Source of the DNA: Felis catus
Lineage: Eukaryota
NCBI RefSeq assembly: GCF_018350175.1
Contig: NC_058368.1
Coordinates: forward strand, 9,238,001-9,302,000
Reading direction: 5' to 3'
Length of the DNA stretch: 64,000 bases
The notes under the pieces are model-generated. The model had not been told where the DNA came from, made no database searches, and saw nothing but the letters and a program-made list of their open reading frames with translations. A program made the position numbers and the translations under genes. Below, piece by piece: positions 49,201 through 60,483 of the stretch. Each line of letters starts with the position of its first letter. Positions within the stretch are counted from its first letter, which is position 1.

Positions 49201-49419
49201 GGGGCGCCTGAGTGGCTCGGTCGGTTAAGCGTCCAACTTCGGCTCAGGTCATGATCTCACGGTCCGTGAGTTCGAGCCCCGCGTCGGGCTCTGTGCTGAC
49301 AGCTCAGAGCCTGGAGCCTGTTTCAGATTTTGTGTCTCCCTCTCTCTCTGCTCCTCCCTTGTTCATGTTCTGTCTGTCTCTGTCTCAAAAATAAATAAAC
49401 GTTAAAAAAAAATTTTAAA
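49201..49419 (+). mobile_element. CAN-SINE
   Basis: TSD AAAAGTATATTTT. Confidence 0.97.
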
Positions 49420-49489
49420 AAAAGTATATTTTATCTCAGGCCCTGCTTTGAAAATGATAGGTAACTTTTTTTTTTTTTCTTCACAAAAA

Positions 49490-49680
49490 GCATTTTATTG
49501 TGTGCCGGGCTCTGTGATAAGCACAGAAGATTTGGGAGATAGCATTCTTGTCACCATTTTACAGTAAGGAAAACCAAGGCCCGGAAGGCATAAGCGTCTT
49601 GCTCAAGATTTCATAGCTAGTAAGTGGCACAAGCTGAGACTTTGACCCTGCATCTAACTGACTCCAAGTGTGCACTTTTA
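49490..49680 (-). mobile_element. MIR SINE
   Basis: ccattttacagtaaggaaaaccaaggc..cttgctcaagat..agctagtaagtggca..ctaactgactcca. Confidence 0.8.
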
Positions 49681-49682
49681 AT

Positions 49683-49741
49683 ATTTCTTTAATGTTTATT
49701 TATTTTTGAAGGAGAGAGAGACAGAGCGTGAATGGGGGAGG

Positions 49742-49778
<37 letters not shown>

Positions 49779-49890
49779 AGACACAGAATCTGAAGCAGGC
49801 TCCCACAGAGCCCGACGCAAGGCTCAAACTCATGAGCTGTGAGATCGTGACCTGGGCCAAAGTCGGATGCTTAACCGACTGAGCCACGGA
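49683..49890 (-). mobile_element. CAN-SINE
   Basis: Body with long (GA)n; degenerate TSD ctccaa.tgtg.a.tttta. Confidence 0.93.
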
Positions 49891-50022
49891 ACCACACCCT
49901 CCAAATGTGTATTTTAACCTCAGAGAGCACCGTCTTGTAGGAGCATAAGATACCTAGAGTCGATGGAGTGGGAACTCAACGCACGGAGGTCTGGTTAGTT
50001 GTTTCAAAGCACGGGGATCTAC

Positions 50023-50244
50023 AGGTGGCCGGGTGGCTCGGCCAGTTAGGTGTCCGACCCTTGATTTAGGCTCATGATCTCACAGTTTGTGAGATCGAGC
50101 CCCACGTCGGGCTCTGGGCTGACAGCGCAGAGCCTGCTTGGGATTCTCTCGGCTCTGCCCCTCCCCCACTCGCGCTCTCTCTCTCTCTCTCTCTCTCAAA
50201 GTAAATAATAAATAAACATCCAAAAAAAAAAAAAAAAAAAAAAG
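50023..50244 (+). mobile_element. CAN-SINE
   Basis: TSD AAAGCAC(G/A)GGGATC. Confidence 0.93.
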
Positions 50245-50727
50245 AAAGCACAGGGATCCAAACTACCTCCCTCAGCTTCCCTTTCTAGAAACTTAACGCA
50301 GCATACCCCAATTATTTCCAAGGTATCGACAGAGCACTGAAGGACAGAAGGTTGAGTTGCATTTTTTACAAACTCATTGCTTTCTCCTTAATAAGGGATG
50401 GTGAGCCACACCCAGTGTAAGCCTGACCCTGCATCAGTGATTGAATATCTCTTGATGTTATAAACGTCTTCGTGGCTCTAAGGTTTAGGAAAACTTCATA
50501 GATGAGGCAGTTAAGCTCACTTGGCCCGTTCCAAGTGGCCGGACGTTGACAATTCCCATTCCATGGTTTAGCATAGCCGGGATAGCTAAGGAAGAGGAAA
50601 ATGAAAACTCATTTCCTGTTTACCATTCTGATTTTGTTTCTGAGAGCTAAACATATCCATTTTCTTGCCCTCTGAAGGTTTCCTCCGTCCTGTTTATTTA
50701 AGAGAATACCTTGTTGCCTTTCCATTT

Positions 50728-51268
50728 TGTTGGGAGAGGAAAACTTCTTCTCTATCCTTCAAGATTCTTCTGGCTGGTCTAAGAATGAAAGTGACATGAG
50801 GCAGATTAACAGGAGATAATCAGATTTAGTTCTGTGCCTACAGGGAATCCGCATACATAGGGGTATTCCAAAGACAGTCAGGCAAAATAAAGTATATATG
50901 TCATTCTGGACTAAGAAGAAGGGGGTGGGTGTCTGTGGCCACAAAAGGAAGGCAAGTAATTCCCGGGAAAGACAGAAAGAATACATGTTTGGTAAACACA
51001 TGTTTTCTGTGCCACCTGGAAGCAACGGGATGGTGGAAGGACCAGATTAAACAGGCCCTGCTAGGTTCCCGGCTCTCTATCATACCCAGTTCATATTCTA
51101 CTATAGTCATCTATGATGCTCACTTCCTACAGTAGGCCCTCTGTCTAAATTCTTTTAGGCAGTTAGGGTGGAGGCAAAAGAGAAAAAAAATTCCTCAAGT
51201 CTTCCATTTCTGAAAAACAATCGGCCTAAAGTAAGCCACATGCCAAAGAGACACATTTTCAGGTGGCA
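50728..51268 (-). mobile_element. ERV1 LTR (MER34-like)
   Basis: Minus strand starts tgccacctgaaaatgtgtctctttggcatgtgg, resembling the MER34-family 5' end, and ends ..cccaaca. Confidence 0.65.
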
Positions 51269-51564
51269 GAGGTACTAGATAAGGCAACCCTTCCAAACTT
51301 GTAAGGACGAGTGGCCTCATTGTGCAAACCCTCGTGTGCGTTTCAGACATCTAAGGGGAATAACAGGCAGCCCGATTCTAACCTGGCAAGGGTCATGGTA
51401 GCCCAAACATGGCTCCACCCAGCAATTACCATGGTTTCCTTGAAAACCTTTTGGGTTCAGAGTCACCAGTGGCTGGAGGAGACTCCACAACTCACTAAAA
51501 CCTCACTAATGGCAGCTTGCTCATGGCGCTGGTATGGGGTAGTGATATTAGAAGTTACGTGGTT

Positions 51565-51771
51565 GGGGCGCCTGGGTGGCGCAGTCGGTTAAGCGTCCGA
51601 CTTCAGCCAGGTCACGATCTCGCGGTCCGGGAGTTCGAGCCCCGCGTCGGGCTCTGGGCTGATGGCTCAGAGCCTGGAGCCTGTTTCCGATTCTGTGTCT
51701 CCCTCTCTCTCTGCCCCTCCCCCGTTCATGCTCTGTCTCTCTCTGTCCCAAAAATAAATTAAAAAAAAAAA
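51565..51771 (+). mobile_element. Young CAN-SINE (SINEC_Fc type)
   Basis: TSD AAGTTACGTGGTT. Confidence 0.97.
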
Positions 51772-53311
51772 AAGTTACGTGGTTTTCGAAACAGAAATGG
51801 CTTGCCAGTTGTGAATACAGAATGGACGGGAACATCTGCCCCCCTCCCCTCTCTTGCAGCAAATATTTGCTGGTTCCGATAACGTGCAAGTATTTTCCCA
51901 AGGTCTGTCTGGTCTCAAGCAGGACAAAGGCGCTCACAGAAACGGTGCTCACCATCCTGGTACAAATCGCTGATGGCATGGTTATCATTATGCTTTTCTC
52001 TGCATCCTTTTTTGTGCCAACATATTAGAACAGTAATAGTCACCTTCATGCCAGAGAGTACGTCTAACAACTAAATTATAATGATAAGCATGGTCACCCA
52101 GCCCCTTTCTTTATAGAGAAAAAATTGCTCAAAGTCTTCTGGAAGCGATGGGGATTTTCCACGACGGGACTGAATTCATCTGAAGAAATAGAATGTGAAA
52201 TGTGCAAGGAGTTTGTGCATTAAATGATAACCTTGAATCATTTGGGGAAGGAACTGTTGATAGGAAAGCCTCATAAAATGCATTCGTTCAGCCTTCCAGC
52301 CAAACCTTAATTGGGAATGAATTTCTCCCACAGGCTGTGCTTGGTAGTTGGTAGAATTTTAAAAGAGCAGATGTCGTTTCAGTCTAGGTGGGACCACTGC
52401 GGCTGAGAAACCTGGCATTCCACTCTGCAGGTAATAAGGGTGGAAAGGAAGGACCGGGGTGGAGGAACAAGCCAGAAACAAGCTGGGGACACATTTGAAG
52501 AAAACATTACCCTTGCAGTAACACAGTGGTGCTGTACCAACGTGATAGGTGCAGAGACTGATGGCACAAATGGCGTAATGGGGGAACCTGGCTTCATCGC
52601 AGTCCCTCTTTTCAAAATACCTGGGGGTTTTCTTTTGCCCAAATGCTTGCGATACAATAGAGTGATATGGTTGCTTTAAACAGCTAATATAATAGCAGGC
52701 TCCACTGAGTAGAAACAGGAGGTCTAGGTAGTAACAGTAACAAAACAGTAACAATGTATGTCGGTAGGTTGGCACCGAAAAGATACAGTCAATTCAAGGC
52801 ACTGCAATTTAAGATGTATCCTAACCTATAATAATGTGTCTACAGAAGGGAAGTGTAGGGGCAGAGGACTCTGGAAACAATGCCAGACGTGAAATGGTGA
52901 GAGGTTCTGAGCGTTTAGCTTGGAAGGAGGAAAACCAAGCAACAACTGTCTTCGCATGTGGGAGGAGCTGTTTGGAGGAAGGAGGAAGGAACAGGTTTAA
53001 TTTTAGGAAAGACAGAATCGGAGCAAAGAGGGAGTAAACGTGGAGGGGAAAGTGGAGGAAGTAGCTGAGGGAGGAAGCGCCAAGGAGGTGATTTCTAGCT
53101 CAAGTCAAGGGATCCACTTTCTAAAACCAGCTTCCTCACAAACCAAAATGCTCAGTAGTGGAAATAGCACTCTCCAGGCGTAGACAGTTCTTTGTTGTCC
53201 ACCAGAACGTAAACTCTGTGACCATTTGTCAAGACTTTGAGGAGAGAGTTCTGGCATCAGGCGGGATGTTAGTTGTCGAAGGGCTTATTCATCTCCGAGA
53301 TTCTGGGTTTC

Positions 53312-53869
53312 TGTGATGGGCCAGACCTGAAATGGTCCCGCTAAGAACGTTGGGAGTCAGGGCGGGAGATAGAGCACAAGTACCTGAGCTCATCGATCAA
53401 AGTGGTTTTAAACAGATGCTGTGTGAAGCAGACCAAATCCCTTGGACAAATCTGTTGGGCAAATCCGCCATGATGACTGGTCCATGACCCCTGCTCTCAC
53501 ATTCTTTCCTTCCGTTTAACCACACCCTTAAGTACACCCTTGGGGCATAGTGTCCTTGATTTGCCCTGGAGATAAGACTGGGACACACACCTATTCTTAA
53601 ACATTCTCCTCCTGGGTGGTCCCTCAGCTGGGCTCCCTCCCAGCCTCTAGGGCTATAAAAGCAAGTCTTAAGGGATGTGGGGGTTAGAGGGGGGCGGGCG
53701 GAATCTACTGGTTTTGTGGGTTTTGTGGGCACCCCAGATGTGCTTCTGCGCCCAAGTCCCCTTAATAAACCATTTCTCATCAAGCTGAACTTGTCAGTCT
53801 TTTTCTCTGGTCTTATGGCTCCTCAGGCCTTTGGAGGTCGTTTTGCACAGACTTCTCTTTCACAGAACA
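53312..53869 (+). mobile_element. Solo LTR (ERVL, MER74/MER73-like)
   Basis: TG..CA ends, TATAAAA at 53654-53660, AATAAA at 53764-53769, 3' end ggcctttgg..tttgca..ctttcacagaaca. Confidence 0.75.
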
Positions 53870-54290
53870 GACAGGCTACTCTAGAGGCATTAGTTAAAGC
53901 CCCAGAACGCCTCTCAGGGACAATTCTAGAGAAGGGACCTTTCCCTAAAGAGTGGAGTCAGAGAGTAGGACTGGCAAGGTCCTCATGAGATGTGCTCCTT
54001 CTGTGACAAATATAAATGAGAAGAGTCACTTGGTCACTGGTAACAGCTCCCCTCAAAAATTCCAGGTGAGGCTCTGGGGAAAGGATGCTGAGCTATGCAA
54101 AGGACAAAGAACAAAGACAGAGAAGGAACTAGGGACTCAATCCGAACGGAGTGCTTCCTCCGGGGGCTGTCTGTGAGACTGGTCTGTCATTCTTGCACTA
54201 TTTCAGTGCAAAGACTTAGGGAACACAGACGCACACGCAGGATGGTGGTTCAAACTGACTGCTTCATCAGGTGACAAAAAATAAAACTTT

Positions 54291-54480
54291 GGGGTGCCTG
54301 GGTGGCTCAGTTGGTTAAGCATCCAACTTCGGCTCATGTCGTGATCTCAGAGTTTGTGAGTTCGAGCCCCACACTGGGCTTGCTTCTGTCAGTGTGAAGA
54401 GTACTTCGGATCCTCTGCCCCCCCCCCGCCCCCCACCCCTTCCCTGTTTGCACTCTCGCAAAAATAAATAAAACATTAAA
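54291..54480 (+). mobile_element. CAN-SINE
   Basis: Full body; the tail runs into an AT-rich expansion. Confidence 0.93.
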
Positions 54481-54760
54481 TATATTAATATAAATATAAA
54501 ATATACAAAAATAAAAATATATTTTTATATATTATATACATTTATCTTTATATGTTTTATATATAATTATATACTATATGTTATATATGTAATATATAAT
54601 ATGTATAATTAAATATAAAATATATGTATTATGTATAAATATAAATATAAAATATATAAATATATTTTTATATATTATACACATTTATCCTTATATCTGT
54701 GTTATATATAATTGTATACTATATATAACATATAATATACAATATATAATATATATAATA
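54477..54760. repeat. AT-rich low-complexity tract with internal two-copy duplication
   Basis: aatatatttttatatattata..catttatc.ttatat..ttatatataatt.tatactatat occurs twice. Confidence 0.85.
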
Positions 54761-55157
54761 GGTAAAACATTTATTCAGTTCAGTCCAAAATTTCATACAT
54801 GGGGGCATAACATTTGGTTCAAAAACTTACTCTTTCCTTACTATACCAAGAACTCTTTGAGGTTTTTTGTTGTGTTTTGTTTTTGTTGTTTGTTTTTTTT
54901 GGTTTCCCTGGAGTTTTGCAGAGCATCTGGCACATAGTAAATGTTGCAATAAATATTTAGTATACTAAACAGAAATGCGTTTTTTGGATAGTAGAGAGGT
55001 TGAAGTACGTGGGCAAGGCCAATGACTCCAACTTTCCCTGGTCTTCTGTTGGCTCAGCGAAACCTCCCTCTGCTCTAGGTAGAGCATTATACTCCGAAGC
55101 ACTTGATTCCGGCATATAGTCCTCTAGCACCTTCCGTGGCAACCTCAGTTGATCTGC

Positions 55158-55260
55158 TCACTCATTCGCTCAACAAATGTTTATCGAGCCCTTACTTTGT
55201 GCTAAGCTAGCGCTGGGTTACAGATGAACAAGGCCAGTAAGATACCTGCTTCCTGCAACT
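55158..55260 (-). mobile_element. L2 3' fragment
   Basis: tcactcattcgctcaacaaatgtttatcgagcccttactttgtgctaagc..gatgaacaag. Confidence 0.7.
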
Positions 55261-55696
55261 CTCCTCCTGTGTCTGTGGTTGGGAGAGTCCCTAGGAACAA
55301 TAAAACAGAAGAAAACAGTTTCTTTTTTAAATAATTGAGATATATTGATATAGTGAATGAAAGCGACTTTTAAAAGAACTCAATTGTAGAACCTCTGTGA
55401 TTCATCAAAAAGGTAAAATGATTATAATCAAACACCACTCCCACTTGATTTGACCAAGGCCATTGTTATAAATAGAAATTGTTCTATCAGATGTCTGGAG
55501 AATCACTTTCTCTATACCTGCCACCTGCTTGCTCATCAGCGATTTCGAACAGGTCAGCAAATAAGGAGATTTGAAAGGGCTGCGACAACCACACTATTGA
55601 CAATCTGAATGTAAATTGGGTCATCTTGTTGCTCTATGGTTGGTACTCCTCTCATATCCTCAGACAAGCATGGCCAAAAGATGATAGAGGAATGGA

Positions 55697-55704
<8 letters not shown>

Positions 55705-55731
<27 letters not shown>
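55705..55731. repeat. (GA)n microsatellite
   Basis: Directly visible. Confidence 0.9.
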
Positions 55732-55732
<1 letters not shown>

Positions 55733-56787
55733 TGAAAGAGGGCAGATCCAGCAGACCTTGAAGACCAATTAAAACAGAACGGGCTGGGGGAAAAAAAGGA
55801 CACTGTGGACAAGAAAGGAAAGAAGGAAGTGAGAAAGGAAGAAAAAGAGGAACTGAATTTTTTTCAGAATCCTTCAGCTCTAGTTTGAACTTGCTGGAGA
55901 ACAGACATTTCCTTGCTGTTGATCTGCGGGGGGCCACTGCAGTCGGCTGCCTGCGTTGCCAGGGAGTGTGTCCCCTGATGTTGGAGGCCAGTGATGGATT
56001 GAATGTCACCAGCTGGATTCTGCCCAGAACAAGGCGGACGTTGACGCCAGCGTAGCCTGAGTGCAAAGGAGACCCAAACCCAGGAACAGATGGCAGAGAC
56101 GCACTAAGCGTCTATATTCAATCCCTCTGAGATGTCTCCCTGGGAAATCCTGTTTCCTCTTTCTCGATTGGTAAAGCAAGACATTACAATATTCTCTAAT
56201 TGTCCCTACCTACATAGGGTAGGTTTCGTAAAGGCAGCGTTAACAGTGAACTGGCCAAGGGCAAGGTCAGCTAAGTGCTGTTGAGACAAGAGGGCTGAGA
56301 AACAGTGTAACCCACCCCCTCTCGCTGCATGGGGCTGGAGGAGTCCAGGAGGGACACCGGAGCCTTGTGCCTGCCTTACCTAAATATTGTAAAGATTGAT
56401 ATGATCGTGTTGGCAACCCGCTCCATGCTCCTGAGAGAAAGAGAGTTACAAGGATACGATTTTATTATTCATAACACGGTGTGTGCTTCCCGTTGGAGAA
56501 CTCAGATGCAAACTGCCTGAGGGTTGTAATTTCACTCCGCTCCTCCCCGCTCCTTCTGAGTTGGGGACTGGCAGCTTCGGTTTCTATATTTGAAAAATGA
56601 GTGCCTTCATTACTCCAATGCATCAGAGAAGAACGACGGAGCAGAGAAAGTTCGATAAGAGCAGCTCTATTGCCCTGGTGATATTTGCCCCAGATGGGAC
56701 AGTGCAGCCAGTAAGGGGGGAAAACAGACCAACAATGAGCCTTGTCTCCACTGAGTCGGGATTCTCTGTAAGCAAGACACTGCTAAG

Positions 56788-56821
<34 letters not shown>

Positions 56822-57368
56822 ATAGCAGGAGAAACAAGATCAAACCATGCCCGGGTTTCAATGCCTTGGGGAAATAACGGAGAGAAGGAAACTTTATTAA
56901 GGCGATCCCGTCAACTCTACCCATTCCTCGGAGGCGTTTCTGCTTTAAATATTCCAGTCCATTTTGGAGAGTGGAGGCAGATTGATCTCGCACTAAATGG
57001 ACGTTTAGTTAGATATAAGATGTGTAACCAGAGATGTTTTTTTCCCGTGGAGGCGTGAGGGGGGAGCCCCTCCAACTCCCACTACGGACAGGTCCAAGAC
57101 TCGCTGCACTGCTTCATTGCCTGAGAAGAAACTAGAATATTGTTCACAGTGCAACAGGGACACATCAGAAGAAAGGAAGAACAGGCATACATACATGACT
57201 TGGAGAAATGATGCGAGATGGGGCTTTTTTCCCTGGCTATCGTCCTTAAATGAATCCCAAACAAATGACCCTGTAACTTCTCAGTACTAACCCCAGAGCA
57301 AGGAAAAAACAACAACAACAAACAAAACCATTTTATTTTCTGGTCTTTCTCCTTTTTGTTTCACTCTT

Positions 57369-57564
57369 TTTTTTTTTTTTGGACAGAGAGAGACAGAGCA
57401 TGAACGGGGGAGGGGCAGAGAGAGAGGGAGACACAGAATCGGAAACAGGCTCCAGGCTCTGAGCCATCAGCCCAGAGCCTGACGCGGGGCTCGAACTCAC
57501 GGACCGCGAGATCGTGACCTGGCTGAAGTCGGACGCTTAACCGACTGCGCCACCCAGGCGCCCC
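57369..57564 (-). mobile_element. Young CAN-SINE lacking the terminal AATAAA repeats
   Basis: TSD TGTTTCACTCTT. Confidence 0.97.
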
Positions 57565-57928
57565 TGTTTCACTCTTAATAAGCTCAGGACAGCTGTGAGC
57601 CGCTCCTCCACCCCCCACCCCTCCCCCGTTGTCCTGACACTTTACTGCAAAGCTCTAAAAATTGTCCGGCCTGTATCGTATTCAAGCTGGCGCAATCCAG
57701 CAATTTCTTGATTATTTGACTGGGGGCCTGCAACAGGTTCAATGCTTTCCTGAGCACCGTGGAGTTCAGAAAAGAAAACTATTCTTTGTCCTTGTCCCGA
57801 AGGAGCCTACGGATTTGCCAACACGCAGGAAGTTGTTAGAGACTATAGCACAGGGGATTAGTAACCCAGCCCCCTAAAGCATGGGACATAGGATAACTGC
57901 TGCTTCTCCAGTCTTGAGGAACAGTCTT

Positions 57929-58149
57929 GGGGCGCCCGGGTGGCTCAGCTGGCCGAGCGGCAGACTCTTGATTTCAGCTCAGGTCGTGATCTCAGGGTTC
58001 GTGAGACTGAGCCCCACGTCGGGCTCCCGCTGACCGCGCCCGGAGCCTGCTTCTGATTCTCTCCCTCTCTCTCTCTGCTCCTCCCCGGCTCACGTTCTCT
58101 CTCTCTCAAACAAACTTTAAAAAGAAAATTTAAAAAGAAAAGAAAAGAA
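57929..58149 (+). mobile_element. CAN-SINE
   Basis: Head, body and tail; degenerate TSD aaca.tc.tg. Confidence 0.92.
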
Positions 58150-59010
58150 AAACAATCCTGATGCTGATAAGACTCCTTTGCTGCCTCCCTCCGTCCTCCA
58201 TTATGGTCCTGGGAATCCCACTGGGCCCAGGGCCCACCCAATTGCAAGGATGGTTTCACCTCCGTTCTTAGCAACTGCGCTTGAGATAGGGAGTTTGTAC
58301 CCAGCGGCAAACCTTTGTCCCCTCCTCCCCCAGGGCGGCCCCCAATCCTGTCCCATCCCCCATCTCCTGTTAGGGGTGTGTGCCGATCTCTTCTCTCCCT
58401 CAGAGACAAAGCTTCAGAGGGCTGACCTGTCCCATCTGCTGCCCCCAGGGATAAGAAATTGATTTTGTTCCCACGAAACAGATCGCTGGCTGACAGAAGG
58501 TCAGGTTCAACCCTCTAGGAAATGCAAGCAACAAGATGTATGAGCTCTGAACCCGAAATAGGAACGAAGGGGCTAACGCTTCTTGAGTTAGGAGGGCCTT
58601 CTGATTCATCGCTAATGGAAAGAGAAGGTCAAGGGAAAATTTGGCGAAGGCAAATGAGGCCTTCAAAAGCTTGCTTTGGGATAACCATGGCCCCCTGTGC
58701 TTTGGGGGTGGGTTTCTTCATCCTCAGCCTGTCCAGAGCCAACACAACAGCAGCTGCTTTGCCCTCGAGAGCCAGATGTGAGATGTGAGCCACTCTCTGA
58801 GGAGCCAGGCTGCTAAGCGGCCTCCTAGAAGTCCACCCCATCCCCTGGCCTGCACGGTGTCCTGGCAATGTGTCAGGGACCTGGGCCAACACCTCCCTTC
58901 CCCCGACCAAGCACCTGAGTGCCAGCATTTGAGTGGAGCTTGATGGGGGAGTCACAAGAAGCTGTCTCGGTAGCAGCAAGAGCCCCCGATCTGTTAAAAC
59001 TATCAGCCTT

Positions 59011-59215
59011 GGGGCGCCTGGGTGGCGCAGTCGGTTAAGCGTCCGACTTCAGCCAGGTTGCAATCTCGCGGTCCGTGAGTTCGAGCCCCGCGTCGGGCTC
59101 TGGGCTGATGGCTCGGAGCTTGGACCCTGTCTCCGATTCTGTGTCTCCCTCTCTCTCTGCCCCTCCCCCGTTCATGCTCTGTCTCTCTCTGTCCCCCCCC
59201 CCACCAAAAAAAAAA
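59011..59215 (+). mobile_element. Young CAN-SINE (SINEC_Fc type)
   Basis: TSD TTAAAACTATCAGCCTT. Confidence 0.97.
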
Positions 59216-59639
59216 TTAAAACTATCAGCCTTGAAAATCGCTTTCTAGGTAAAGAGCCGGAAGCCTCTTGTGCCTCCAGTTCTACCAGCCAGTCGAGGAG
59301 ATTTGGTCCAGGTCTCCTTCGTAAAGCCTAGAGCTTTTCTTCCGCAACAGTCCAAGATCCTGCTCCGTTATTGCAGCCCAACCCGCCTGCCACCTCCTCC
59401 GAGATGCCCTCGAGGACCGAGAGACACCCTCCCACCCCATACCTCATTTAACCCTGGCCCATTCCTGTCCCTGGTCATCCTAGCTAATGGCTCCGCAGTT
59501 TTGGTCCTTATCTCCCAGCCCTGTGTGTGTCCCGTGTTCCATTCCTCGTGGTGTCACCACACGCTGCTTGGCTGGAGGTGATGCTGGGCACCGACAGCGG
59601 CAGCTTTTGATTGGCGAGGATACAACACTCGACCTCCCC

Positions 59640-59878
59640 GGGCGCCTGGGTCGCTCAGTTGATTAAGCATCTGACTGTTAATTTTGGTTCAGGTCACGAT
59701 CTCATGGTTCTCGAGTTCGAGTCCTGTGTAGGGCTCTGCGCTGACGGCATGGAGCCTGCTTGGGATCCTCTCCCTTCCTTTTTTTCTGCCCCTCCCCTGC
59801 TCACGTTCCCTCTTTCTCCTCTCTTTTTCTCAAAATAAACAAAATGCTTAAAAAATTAAAAACAAACAAACAAACAAA
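59640..59878 (+). mobile_element. CAN-SINE
   Basis: Full body with (AAAC)n tail. Confidence 0.93.
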
Positions 59879-59908
59879 AAACACTGCCTCTTGCTATTTG
59901 GACCGGTT

Positions 59909-60483
59909 TGTTCCTGATGTGGAAGGTTGGGATCCAGGAGCAAATGATCAAGAAAGAATTCTTGAGATACCTTCAGGGCAAAAAGTGGTGCTGTTAAAGC
60001 ATAGGGACGGAACCGGAGGCAGAGAGAGTTGCACTGGCCTGTTTATATGCTTTCCAGTTGGGAGGGGGCTAGGGATAGTGTACGTCTCTAAGGACTTTGG
60101 AAGCAGGGTTTCCAAGACCTTGAAGGGCTCGCTGCTGTTAGGAAAAGGGCATTTACTACTGTCTAGTAAAACCTTGGTCATGAGACCCCTCGGGTGTATA
60201 TCGGTGGGCCATACGCTTGGAGAATGATTGCTAACCTATACCTTGGGGGGTGGCGGTGGACGTAAAGGAAATTTCCAACGGGATTTTTATGTGTTAAAGA
60301 CTTACCGGATCCCGGAGGTTGGGGCTAATGTCACGCTAAGGTTGCCTTTTATCCTTAGCAAAGTATTAACACGAGGCAGATGAGTTCCTGGAGGAAGGTC
60401 AGGCTGCCTGTCTCAAGTAGTTGTCAATGGGCTGTGAGTTGTAAGGAAATTATTTTTTTCTTTTGCCTTGGTTCCCCACATCA
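59909..60483 (-). mobile_element. Carnivore ERV-type solo LTR
   Basis: TG..CA termini; minus strand begins tgatgtggggaaccaaggcaaaagaaaa..aatttccttac..cagcccattgacaa, resembling carnivore LTRs as I recall them. Confidence 0.7.

Noticed and set aside
54191..54214. Small hairpin ttgcact-atttc-agtgcaa
   Set aside because: The stem is too short to support an ncRNA call.
55554..56066. Longest ORF in the track (170 aa, minus strand)
   Set aside because: Non-ATG start, runs through a (CT)n microsatellite, and shows no recognisable domain.
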